Source of the DNA: a virus | Virus record (IMG/VR): IMGVR_UViG_3300031857_000034 | Span: 32,001-96,000 of that record | Reading direction: 5' to 3' (one strand) | DNA: 64,000 nt | Part shown: piece by piece, positions 1 to 7,768 of the stretch | How positions within the stretch are numbered: position 1 is the first letter of the stretch | How the letters are laid out: each line of letters opens with the position of its first letter | Translations under genes and position numbers: made by a program | Notes under the pieces: model-generated | The model's database searches: none | What the model was told of the DNA's origin: nothing | The model's input: only the letters and a program-made list of their open reading frames with translations

Positions 1-220
1 ATGGATTACCAAATGTGGTAGCCATATCACGCTGGCTGGTAATTAAATATACCTTGCCTGCGTTGACTGCCAACGTTCCTGCTGCTACGCCTGTACCTGT
101 GCCAGAAATTTTGTTCTGGGCTGATGCAAAAAGTATGAAAGGTACAGTACCTGCTGCTGCGGGTAAGTATTGACTTTCGTCTATGACTGTTACTTCTACG
201 CCTGGTGAAATTAATGCCAT
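1..220 (-). CDS. Tail sheath protein (T4 gp18-like), 5' part, runs off window start
   Basis: Manual translation from ATG at 220: MALISPGVEVTVIDESQYLPAAAGTVPFILFASAQNK...VYLITSQRDMATTFGNP, a typical sheath N-terminus (SPGV, FGxP). AAGGA SD and TATAAATA upstream. Not in the ORF track. Confidence 0.9.
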   Translation of the reverse strand, partial: MALISPGVEVTVIDESQYLPAAAGTVPFILFASAQNKISGTGTGVAAGTLAVNAGKVYLITSQRDMATTFGNP

Positions 221-249
221 GGTTTAGTTCCTTTATATCCAGTTGTAGA

Positions 250-257
250 TATTTATA
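250..257 (-). promoter_or_regulatory. T4-type late promoter TATAAATA for the sheath gene
   Basis: Plus strand tatttata is the exact T4 late consensus on minus, 29 nt upstream of the sheath ATG; gp55 is encoded in the window. Confidence 0.8.
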
Positions 258-320
258 AAGAACTGCGAAATCTGGCTGGTTATGGCAACCTACTAAGTAG
301 GTTTTGCTGTAAATATGTGT

Positions 321-659
321 ATGAGACCCTTGTGCAAAGCCTGCGAACGCCGTCCCAGAGCCATTGCTTACTATCGCAATGACAAGTGTGTGTATCGCAG
401 CAGATGCACCGAGTGTGAACGGCGCCATAAAAAACTACCTGTACAAACTCCACGCTGGTCTGCGCAGGGCTACAAGTTGAAAAAAATCTGTGACCTATGC
501 GGGTTTCGTGCCAAAATAGCACGACAACTCATGGTGTATCATTTGGATGGGAATTTGAACAACAGCCAATTGCATAATCTACGCACAGTGTGTCATAACT
601 GTGCGGTAGAACTAAGCTGGGACAAGAGTGTCTGGCGCCGTGGTGACCACGTTGAGTAA
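321..659 (+). CDS. Zn-finger/HNH-like protein, possibly catalytically degenerate
   Basis: CxxC pairs (CKAC, CTEC, CDLC, CHNC) and YHLDGNLNN..HNL..VCHNC. Probable start ATG 321, 5 nt after TAAATA (310-315). Confidence 0.7.
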   Translation: MRPLCKACERRPRAIAYYRNDKCVYRSRCTECERRHKKLPVQTPRWSAQGYKLKKICDLCGFRAKIARQLMVYHLDGNLNNSQLHNLRTVCHNCAVELSWDKSVWRRGDHVE

Positions 660-1286
660 CGCATCAATCTGGCTGTACAACTCATCCAGGGAGTTGTTGT
701 TGTCAATCACATGATCAAAATCGCTGCCAATCCAGGATGTTTCGCTGGGGTGGATTTTGTAATCTTCCATTTTGGACTTGCTCAGCGCCCAGCCAATGAA
801 TCTAGGGCCGGCATTGACTGCTTCAGCGTGTCTGTACCATTCGGGATCAGGGCCGCGTTTCACACGTATGACCAAACCGTTCTGTTGCTTGATGGCCGCA
901 ATTTCATTGGGAAATCTGCAGTCACTGATAACGATGTCGTCCTGGGATTTAGACAGTTTGTGCTCTACAGCAGCAATCCAGATGTCATCGTGGAAGGCCC
1001 GGCGACATACTTCTGTGCCCCAATACTGTAGTATCCAGCGCGGTGTCAGATGCGGTATGCCCAGTCTTTCTGCCCACCAGGGATCCACACATTCGCGCCA
1101 TTCTCTGCTGCTTTTGCTACGACCTTCCAGCATTTCCCTGTCCCAGCCAAACACAGCGGCCACTGCGTCTTTGAGGCTGTTGGCAAAGGATTCTCTGCGG
1201 AACTGATGTATGTTCACTAGATAGTCAGCGATGGTGTCTTTGCCTGAGCCGATAAGACCACAGACGCCAATGATTCTTTTGGACAT
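612..1286 (-). CDS. Deoxynucleoside monophosphate kinase (T4 gp1-like)
   Basis: IIGVCGLIGSGKDT P-loop, FANSLKD, TPRWILQYWGTE, ISDCRFPNE, HPSE motifs. Confidence 0.9.
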   Translation of the reverse strand: MSKRIIGVCGLIGSGKDTIADYLVNIHQFRRESFANSLKDAVAAVFGWDREMLEGRSKSSREWRECVDPWWAERLGIPHLTPRWILQYWGTEVCRRAFHDDIWIAAVEHKLSKSQDDIVISDCRFPNEIAAIKQQNGLVIRVKRGPDPEWYRHAEAVNAGPRFIGWALSKSKMEDYKIHPSETSWIGSDFDHVIDNNNSLDELYSQIDALLNVVTTAPDTLVPA

Positions 1287-1477
1287 TATCGCCCCCTGCC
1301 GCTGGTTCTGCGTACTTTGGAGCCACCAAAACCCCGGGAGTTTTTAGGTCCCTTCGGCGGAGGCGGTGCCTTGGGCTTTGGTGACAAGACTGGCGTTGCT
1401 GCTTGATCTGTAGCAACGTTGGCATTGGCTGATATACCAATGCGTTCAAATAATTTAGGAATTTTTTTCTCTACCAC
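1286..1477 (-). CDS. Small basic Pro/Lys-rich hypothetical protein
   Basis: 63-aa ORF with GGGAGG SD before GTG; stop overlaps the kinase start. Confidence 0.6.
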   Translation of the reverse strand: MVEKKIPKLFERIGISANANVATDQAATPVLSPKPKAPPPPKGPKNSRGFGGSKVRRTSGRGR

Positions 1478-1498
1478 TGTTGCCTCCCTGCGTAATGT

Positions 1499-1527
1499 AT
1501 TTTATAACATCTTTAGAGAGAGTGCAA
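1499..1527 (-). promoter_or_regulatory. Host sigma70-type promoter TTGCAC-N17-TAAAAT
   Basis: Hexamers and 17-nt spacer read directly; lies upstream of the small ORF and dNMP kinase. Confidence 0.55.
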
Positions 1528-1555
1528 ATTTTTAGGCAAGAATATTTGACGCAGT

Positions 1556-2314
1556 TTAACCTTGTACCCAGTAGTAAGGTTGGCTGCCATCCACGTACTT
1601 CTGTAGATCATCAATCAACTTGGCCATGTCTTCTTTGGCTTCGGCCTTGAGTTGTGCGCCATTCAGCGTGGTGCCACCGCCCGGACCGGCGATGGAATTG
1701 AATTTTTCACGAGCCTCGCCAATGATCTGTTTGCACACAGCATAGGTATAGTCCCGTATCCAAGGCAGGATGCGATAGTCGGTCAAGAGTTGTATTTCGG
1801 GACGCATCTGATCGCACCACAGCAGGATCACTTCGCCTTCACCCTTGGGATAGTTGATGATGTGCAGCACCTTGGTCACCGGATTGTAGGTGTAGTTGAT
1901 GAATCCACCAAACATTCTAGCAGCCTGCTCTACATATTGGGTGTAAAAGTCGTATGTGGCCAAACCACCCGAATAGTTGAAATTCAGCAGGTATGTGTTC
2001 ATGATGGCACTGCTGAAGGGATCAAAACTCTGGCTGAAAGGACCTTGGGCAAAACCAATGGTACGTCGGAAGATCTGACGCACATTGTAGATCTCCTGCG
2101 GCAATGTGTAGTGTGTTAGATCACTCTGCAGAGTGATAAAATTGTAGGCTTCTTCGTAGGCATTTTGAGCCCGTTGTCTATAGGTCAATACTGCCTGTTC
2201 ATAGGCCACTTCATAGTCTGGAGCATTGAGTTCTACGTCAACCAAGTTGCCGCCCAAGCGGGTGTTCACATAGTCAAATACTTTGGATTTAAGATTGGTC
2301 AGTGTATCACTCAT
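1556..2314 (-). CDS. Neck protein (T4 gp13-like)
   Basis: RLGGNLVDVEL N-terminus; WIRDYTYAVCKQIIGEAREKF..IAGPGGGTTLNGAQLKAEA C-terminus. Confidence 0.85.
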   Translation of the reverse strand: MSDTLTNLKSKVFDYVNTRLGGNLVDVELNAPDYEVAYEQAVLTYRQRAQNAYEEAYNFITLQSDLTHYTLPQEIYNVRQIFRRTIGFAQGPFSQSFDPFSSAIMNTYLLNFNYSGGLATYDFYTQYVEQAARMFGGFINYTYNPVTKVLHIINYPKGEGEVILLWCDQMRPEIQLLTDYRILPWIRDYTYAVCKQIIGEAREKFNSIAGPGGGTTLNGAQLKAEAKEDMAKLIDDLQKYVDGSQPYYWVQG

Positions 2315-2320
2315 AAGAAA

Positions 2321-2348
2321 AGCCCTGTGCTGTATTTAGCACAGGGCT
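2321..2348 (-). promoter_or_regulatory. 11-bp hairpin/terminator with late promoter TAAATA in its loop
   Basis: agccctgtgct-gtattt-agcacagggct; on minus it is followed by TTTCTT and then the gp13 ATG. Confidence 0.7.
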
Positions 2349-2367
2349 GGCTGCTGTGAGTGTTAGT

Positions 2368-3534
2368 TTACCAAACTTTAAGGATTATGAGATTTTCGTT
2401 GAAACGCCCGTTGAGTTTGATTTCGGTGGCCTTGATGTCTTTGAAATACTTGCGAGCCCCGGGCTTGCCGCCGGCAAACAGGGCTTTCAGTTGATCTGCT
2501 GGTTTGCGCAGAGTTTTGCTCACACTGAGATTGGCATCAAAACCAATGATGGTGTTGTTTTTCACAGTCATGGACCCCACGTGTGAGTCAGCCACATAGT
2601 GCTGTAGTTTGCGCTTGGTGGTATCGTAGGTGTAGAACTCTGTGCAGTCTGCCAGTTTGGTAGCGGACTCTGAAGTGAGTTTTAATTCTGGGAACGACTG
2701 CAGATATTTTAGTTTGCGCACAATCTGATCGGGCGTTTGCTTTTTCTTGGCCCTGGGTTTGCGTTCTACTTTTTTGATCTGCACATAACTGTCGCAATCG
2801 GCTACCACCAACTCACAGAACTTCAGCATCTGCTTGAGTTCATTTTTGCCCCAACGACTGTAGCCTTCGACCAACTGAGCATCCTTGCCTTCCAGGGCTT
2901 CTGTAAGTTCTGCCACTTTGCTGGCAAAAGGATCGCGCACTTGACTGATATGTGTGGGCTGAACATTCATACCGCGTATGATGGTCATGGGCTTGTGGTT
3001 GTTCAAATTCAGTTTTACTTCTCCCGCTGTGCAGAAATCATCATACATGGCTTCTAATTCGCCAGCGGCTTCTATGGCCTTGTCACGCAGTCTGTCCTGG
3101 ATATTGGGCTTGATCACATCATCATCTTTGACTTCTTTCTTTACTTGTTCTTTCAATGCCTTGAGTCTAGTGATTTCTGCGCTGACGTGCAGTTCTTCGT
3201 GCTCACTGAGTTGTAGGCCCACTGTGGTCATGCGAGCCAGCCAGCCTGTCACGTGCTTGAATTCGTAGTCGCTGACACCTTTGATGCGTTTGGCTTCTGT
3301 GCCGCGCCCATTGCGTTCTAGATAATCCAGCAGGAATTCTTTGCTGTCTTTGCGTTGGAAATTGTAGTTGTACCAATTGATGGCGTGAAGCACCGCAGAT
3401 GAACGTTTGTCTGCTTCGGGCTGTGTGCGCCAGTCTGGCTCAGGTCCTACGTTTTTGAGATCACCGTCCCGTGGTTTCAGGAGTTTAATGGCTGTGGTTT
3501 TTGCTGTGCTGGTTCTGACCATGGATTGCCTCAC
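2368..3534 (-). CDS. Hypothetical phage protein (388 aa, basic C-terminus)
   Basis: Long ORF with plausible composition, coupled to the upstream ORF; no function recognised. Confidence 0.75.
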   Translation of the reverse strand: MRQSMVRTSTAKTTAIKLLKPRDGDLKNVGPEPDWRTQPEADKRSSAVLHAINWYNYNFQRKDSKEFLLDYLERNGRGTEAKRIKGVSDYEFKHVTGWLARMTTVGLQLSEHEELHVSAEITRLKALKEQVKKEVKDDDVIKPNIQDRLRDKAIEAAGELEAMYDDFCTAGEVKLNLNNHKPMTIIRGMNVQPTHISQVRDPFASKVAELTEALEGKDAQLVEGYSRWGKNELKQMLKFCELVVADCDSYVQIKKVERKPRAKKKQTPDQIVRKLKYLQSFPELKLTSESATKLADCTEFYTYDTTKRKLQHYVADSHVGSMTVKNNTIIGFDANLSVSKTLRKPADQLKALFAGGKPGARKYFKDIKATEIKLNGRFNENLIILKVW

Positions 3535-3800
3535 TTTTTGCTTAATTTAGCCAAGAATATATGCTTTTCTAATTCTAACAGGTTTGTGTTTATTTGGTCA
3601 ACCAATTCTTGATGTTTTGGTAAAACTCTATGTAGCCTGCGCTGTTCCACTTCGATGTTGCTGAGTTCGGCGATCAAATGATCTATGGCTCTAATGATGC
3701 GATGCCCATCTGCGCCTTGCTCTAATCCGCGTAGATACTGGCGTAGCAGGGGTTCTACGCTGTTCCAATCTTCTGCTTTTTGAATTACCAATTGTGTCAT
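3531..3800 (-). CDS. Hypothetical helical protein
   Basis: 89-aa ORF whose ATG is 6 nt after a sigma70-like -10. Confidence 0.7.
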   Translation of the reverse strand: MTQLVIQKAEDWNSVEPLLRQYLRGLEQGADGHRIIRAIDHLIAELSNIEVEQRRLHRVLPKHQELVDQINTNLLELEKHIFLAKLSKK

Positions 3801-3806
3801 AGCACC

Positions 3807-3835
3807 ATATTACACTAAAAAGAATATTTGGTCAA
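3807..3835 (-). promoter_or_regulatory. Host sigma70-type promoter TTGACC-N17-TAATAT
   Basis: Hexamers and spacer read directly; divergent from the late promoter at 3859. Confidence 0.65.
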
Positions 3836-3858
3836 ATTGTAGGCTACCAAAAAACCGC

Positions 3859-3864
3859 TAAATA
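3859..3864 (+). promoter_or_regulatory. Late promoter gcTAAATA for the gp14-like gene
   Basis: TAAATA 6 nt before ATG 3871, no SD. Confidence 0.65.
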
Positions 3865-3870
3865 CGTATT

Positions 3871-5190
3871 ATGCCCAAACTTAGTCTTTACCGCGAGAAT
3901 TTCACCAACGATTACAAATGGTTTGACCGCAGGATTTCGGAACAATTCACGGTGGGCTGTGCCACGGTATTGATACACAAGTATGTGGGGCCTATCAATC
4001 AAGGCACCTCTAACGATGCCACGCAACCTGATTATCTAAATCAAAGCGTTAACAACATCCAAGACCTGCTGTATCTAGAAAATCGAGATCGCAAGTATGA
4101 TACCACGGTGTATAGACTGCGTATGCATCATACCATGCAGAACATAGACTTTGATCTAACACAGTTTGGTCTATTTCTAAACAACGACACATTGTTCTGC
4201 ACAGTACACAAAACCGACTGTGTGAATACCATTGGCCGACTGCTGATGTCAGGCGATGTGATCGAAATGCCTTATCTACGTGAGTTCTTTCCGCTAAACT
4301 ACGATGAAGTACAGACCAGTCTCAAGAGATATTATGTGGTGCAAGACACAGCCAATGCTGCTGAAGGATTCAGTCCCACTTGGTATCCACACCTGTGGCG
4401 TGTGAAGTGCGAGCCCTTGGTAGACAGCCAAGAGTTTGCGCAGATATTGACTCAGCCCGAAAATCAGACCAACTACTTTGGACCCTGGGGCAAGACCATC
4501 GCTTACTTTGAAGGCGACCGTGTTACATTTGGCGACAAGAATTACATTGCCAAACAGGATGTGCCTACTGGTGTGGCACCTACCGGCAAAGATGACGATC
4601 CATATTGGGGCCTAGATCCCAACCAGACCTTCCGAGACATGATGTCTACTTACCAGAAGAACATAGACATCAACAATGCTATCCTGGCGCAGGCCGAAGC
4701 AGAAGTTCCGCTGTCAGGCTACGACACTGTACCATTTTATATCGTGCCCACCACCGTGGACGGCGAGCCCTTGGGATCTACCTACACCGCAGATCAGACC
4801 TTGGTAAACAGTTCACAAACAGACATACCATCATCTTCTGAAAGTATCACGCCCAGAAACAATGCTTGGACCATGGGTTATCTCACTGGTGACGGTTTGC
4901 CGCCCAATGGTGCTCCTGTCACACCTGGCGTGGTATTCCCACGCGATCCCAGAGAGGGTGATTTCTGCCTGCGTCTAGATTATATGCCCAATAGACTGTT
5001 CCGTTTTGATGGCGCACACTGGGTCAAGTTTGAAGATCGTGTGAGAACCAATATCACGCCCAGCAACACCAATGACACTGAGCACTATGCATTTTACAAC
5101 AACCCTGGTGATATCTCCACCACGGATCGCGGTGAGATTCCGCGCAAACAATCATTATCTAAAGCACTGCGGCCTAAGGACGATAACTAA
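3871..5190 (+). CDS. Neck/head-completion protein (T4 gp14-like)
   Basis: DLLYLENRDRKY, DLTQFGLFL, GDVIEMP, WYPHLWRVKC motifs; lies directly upstream of gp15. Confidence 0.7.
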   Translation: MPKLSLYRENFTNDYKWFDRRISEQFTVGCATVLIHKYVGPINQGTSNDATQPDYLNQSVNNIQDLLYLENRDRKYDTTVYRLRMHHTMQNIDFDLTQFGLFLNNDTLFCTVHKTDCVNTIGRLLMSGDVIEMPYLREFFPLNYDEVQTSLKRYYVVQDTANAAEGFSPTWYPHLWRVKCEPLVDSQEFAQILTQPENQTNYFGPWGKTIAYFEGDRVTFGDKNYIAKQDVPTGVAPTGKDDDPYWGLDPNQTFRDMMSTYQKNIDINNAILAQAEAEVPLSGYDTVPFYIVPTTVDGEPLGSTYTADQTLVNSSQTDIPSSSESITPRNNAWTMGYLTGDGLPPNGAPVTPGVVFPRDPREGDFCLRLDYMPNRLFRFDGAHWVKFEDRVRTNITPSNTNDTEHYAFYNNPGDISTTDRGEIPRKQSLSKALRPKDDN

Positions 5191-5195
5191 TAGTC

Positions 5196-6611
5196 ATGGC
5201 CAACAATCTCGTACCTTACTTTTACGACGGACAAATCCGCAGATTCATGCTGCAGATCGCTCGCGCATTCAGCAACTTCCAATGTGAGTACGGCAAAGAT
5301 CAAGAAGGCAATCCCATATTGGTCAGGATACCTTGTATGTACGGCAATGCCTCTAGACAGGCTGCTGACATCATAGCCAAGAACACACAAAACAACTTGC
5401 CAGCAGCGCCGCAGATTACCTTTTATATCTCTGCTGTGAAGTATGCAAGAGATCGTGTGCAGGATCCCACCTTCACTGGCAAAATCGCTGTGCGCCAAAG
5501 AACCTACGACGAAGTGACCAATACATATGAACGCACACAAGGTAATGCGTTTATTGTAGAGCGCATGATGCCAGTACCATATGACATCACGGTGAACGTG
5601 GATTTCTGGACCAGCAACGAACAACAAAAACAAAGCATCTTCGAACAGATTGGTACACTGTTCAATCCTGCTATAGAAATACAAAGCACTGACAACTATA
5701 TCGATTGGACCAGCTTGACAACTTTAGAGCAGACTGATCTACAGTGGAGCAGCCGCACAGTGCCCGTGGGGCAAGGCAATCCCATAGACATCATGACCTT
5801 TACACTTAAACTACCGGTATGGATATCACCGCCAGTGAAAGTCACCAAGTATGGTGTGATCCACAAGATCATTACCAACATCTTTGATGAATCAGGCGAT
5901 GCCAACAATGCTCTCACAGGCGACGACATACTGGCTGGCACCCGCGCTGTGATAACTCCCATGGGCTATCAGATCCTGCTGTTGGAAGGACAGATACAAT
6001 GCCTGCGCAGTAATGTGCCGCATCAACCGCCCAACGTTGAACTCAATGATCCTGTCGAAGATGAAACCAGCACACTGCTGTGGCACAATGTCATTGACTT
6101 GTATGGCGCACTGCGCAATGGCATCAGCCAGATACGCATACAGAATCATGATCTAGAAACTGAAATAGTTGGCACAGTGGCTTATCATCCATCGGATGAT
6201 CGTGTGCTGTTATTCTCTGCCGACGCAGATACATTACCTCCCAATACCTTACAGCCTATCTCTGCTGTGATCAATCCACAGCGTTCAGGTCCGGGATCAG
6301 GATTACCATTGGCATCTCCAGGACAGCGTTATTTGTTGACTGACAACATAGGCAGCAAGAACAACACAGATCCAGCACCGGCCTGGACTGAAAACGGTGT
6401 GGCATTGATTGCCGCTGCCGACGACATCATTGAGTATGATGGTCAGCGTTGGTTTATCTCCTTTGATGCCAGTGAAGTGCAGCCTGGCCAGCAGATAGAA
6501 TTTGTGACCAATCTCAAGACCAAAGTGCAGTACAAGTTTGACATTGAGCTAGGCTGGATCAAAAGTTACGAAGGTTTCTATCGCGGTGGCGATTGGAGCA
6601 TTGTGCTTTGA
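5196..6611 (+). CDS. Tail sheath stabiliser/tail terminator (T4 gp15-like) with C-terminal extension
   Basis: YFYDGQIRRF..F, IPCMYG, PVPYDITVNVDFW...QIFEQI..LFNP-type motif, FTLKLPVWISPP. Confidence 0.85.
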   Translation: MANNLVPYFYDGQIRRFMLQIARAFSNFQCEYGKDQEGNPILVRIPCMYGNASRQAADIIAKNTQNNLPAAPQITFYISAVKYARDRVQDPTFTGKIAVRQRTYDEVTNTYERTQGNAFIVERMMPVPYDITVNVDFWTSNEQQKQSIFEQIGTLFNPAIEIQSTDNYIDWTSLTTLEQTDLQWSSRTVPVGQGNPIDIMTFTLKLPVWISPPVKVTKYGVIHKIITNIFDESGDANNALTGDDILAGTRAVITPMGYQILLLEGQIQCLRSNVPHQPPNVELNDPVEDETSTLLWHNVIDLYGALRNGISQIRIQNHDLETEIVGTVAYHPSDDRVLLFSADADTLPPNTLQPISAVINPQRSGPGSGLPLASPGQRYLLTDNIGSKNNTDPAPAWTENGVALIAAADDIIEYDGQRWFISFDASEVQPGQQIEFVTNLKTKVQYKFDIELGWIKSYEGFYRGGDWSIVL

Positions 6612-7027
6612 AATCTGTTGATGCTGTAGGCATCATGTTTTACAGTGCTGCCACACATAGATATCTTTACCTACTGCGCAATGATCCCAAGCACCCAGGC
6701 TCTTGGGGACTACCTGGTGGTAAGATAGAATCAGGTGAATCCATACTGGCCGCAGTGGAGCGAGAATGTCGGGAAGAACTAGGCATGGTTCCTGCGTATC
6801 AAAAACTTATTCCCATTGAAAAGTTTACCAGCAATGACAATAACTTTAACTATCATACTTTCTTTTGTGCCGTGGCAGAAGAATTTGTGCCTACACTAAA
6901 TCACGAACACATTGGCTATGCCTGGGTGGCCGCAGGTACAGTGCCCAAACCTCTGCATCCAGGATTATACGCTACATTCAAGATTGAAGAAATACGAGAC
7001 AAACTGGCAGTGATTGAACGAGGTTAA
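6608..7027 (+). CDS. NUDIX hydrolase
   Basis: Nudix box GGKIESGESILAAVERECREELG. Probable TTG start overlapping the gp15 stop. Confidence 0.9.
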   Translation: MKSVDAVGIMFYSAATHRYLYLLRNDPKHPGSWGLPGGKIESGESILAAVERECREELGMVPAYQKLIPIEKFTSNDNNFNYHTFFCAVAEEFVPTLNHEHIGYAWVAAGTVPKPLHPGLYATFKIEEIRDKLAVIERG

Positions 7028-7731
7028 AGGCCGTATGTGGCTTTGGTCACATTAAAATTTTGCAGGATCTCTGATGAATTCAACACGCGATCGTAGATGA
7101 AAACTTGGCCTATATCTCCTACAAAAGCATAACTGCCGCCTAGATAGCGGCTTAAACCAATCCAAAGTTCTTGATCATTTAGAATGGAGCCTGTCAATGT
7201 ATCCGACACTGAGTTTACTTGACTGCCATTCACATAAAGCGTGAGCGTTGAATCATCTCTTGTGAACATGGCCAAATACCACGAATTGTTGTTGTAGTTT
7301 GTGAGTGGGCTAGTGATCGTGGTGCTGGACGAGGGCGATTGTGCTATGTCTCCCGCGATCTGGCCACCATTCAAATAAAGACGATAATTCCAAGGAGACC
7401 CGGCGCTTTGTTCCTTGCTCAAAATCATTTGATTGCCTGCTGCACTGGTTCTAAACCAAGCACCAACAGAAAAGTTTTCAAATTTTAGAATTTGGTTAGT
7501 ATCAACATACTGCGAATTGAAGGAAAAGTATGTGGAATTCCATGGTGGAGATCCAACCAAGTCAGTGGTGTAGGCATTGACGCTGAGATCATACCAGTAA
7601 AGTCCCGATCCTGGATAACTTGACGAACTGGCTGCATTGAGATACATTTGCAGATTTGAAGTAATAATACTCAAGCCAGGTGATGCAGCAGGCTGGACAT
7701 TGTTCATGATCATCATCTGTGCACCACTCAT
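7024..7731 (-). CDS. LamG/concanavalin A-like lectin-domain protein (putative adhesin)
   Basis: YLNAASSSSYPGSG..WYDLS, FSVGAWF, LYVNG, GDIGQVFIYDRVL..SEILQNF; follows a fibre gene. Confidence 0.8.
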   Translation of the reverse strand: MSGAQMMIMNNVQPAASPGLSIITSNLQMYLNAASSSSYPGSGLYWYDLSVNAYTTDLVGSPPWNSTYFSFNSQYVDTNQILKFENFSVGAWFRTSAAGNQMILSKEQSAGSPWNYRLYLNGGQIAGDIAQSPSSSTTITSPLTNYNNNSWYLAMFTRDDSTLTLYVNGSQVNSVSDTLTGSILNDQELWIGLSRYLGGSYAFVGDIGQVFIYDRVLNSSEILQNFNVTKATYGL

Positions 7732-7768
7732 ACACCGAACCTGCCTTTCAGCGCTTCTGAAATAGACA

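Noticed and set aside
27-522. ORF-track calls 27..428 and 280..522 (-)
   Set aside because: Shadow frames; the real genes are the sheath (ATG 220, different frame) and the HNH-like ORF on plus.
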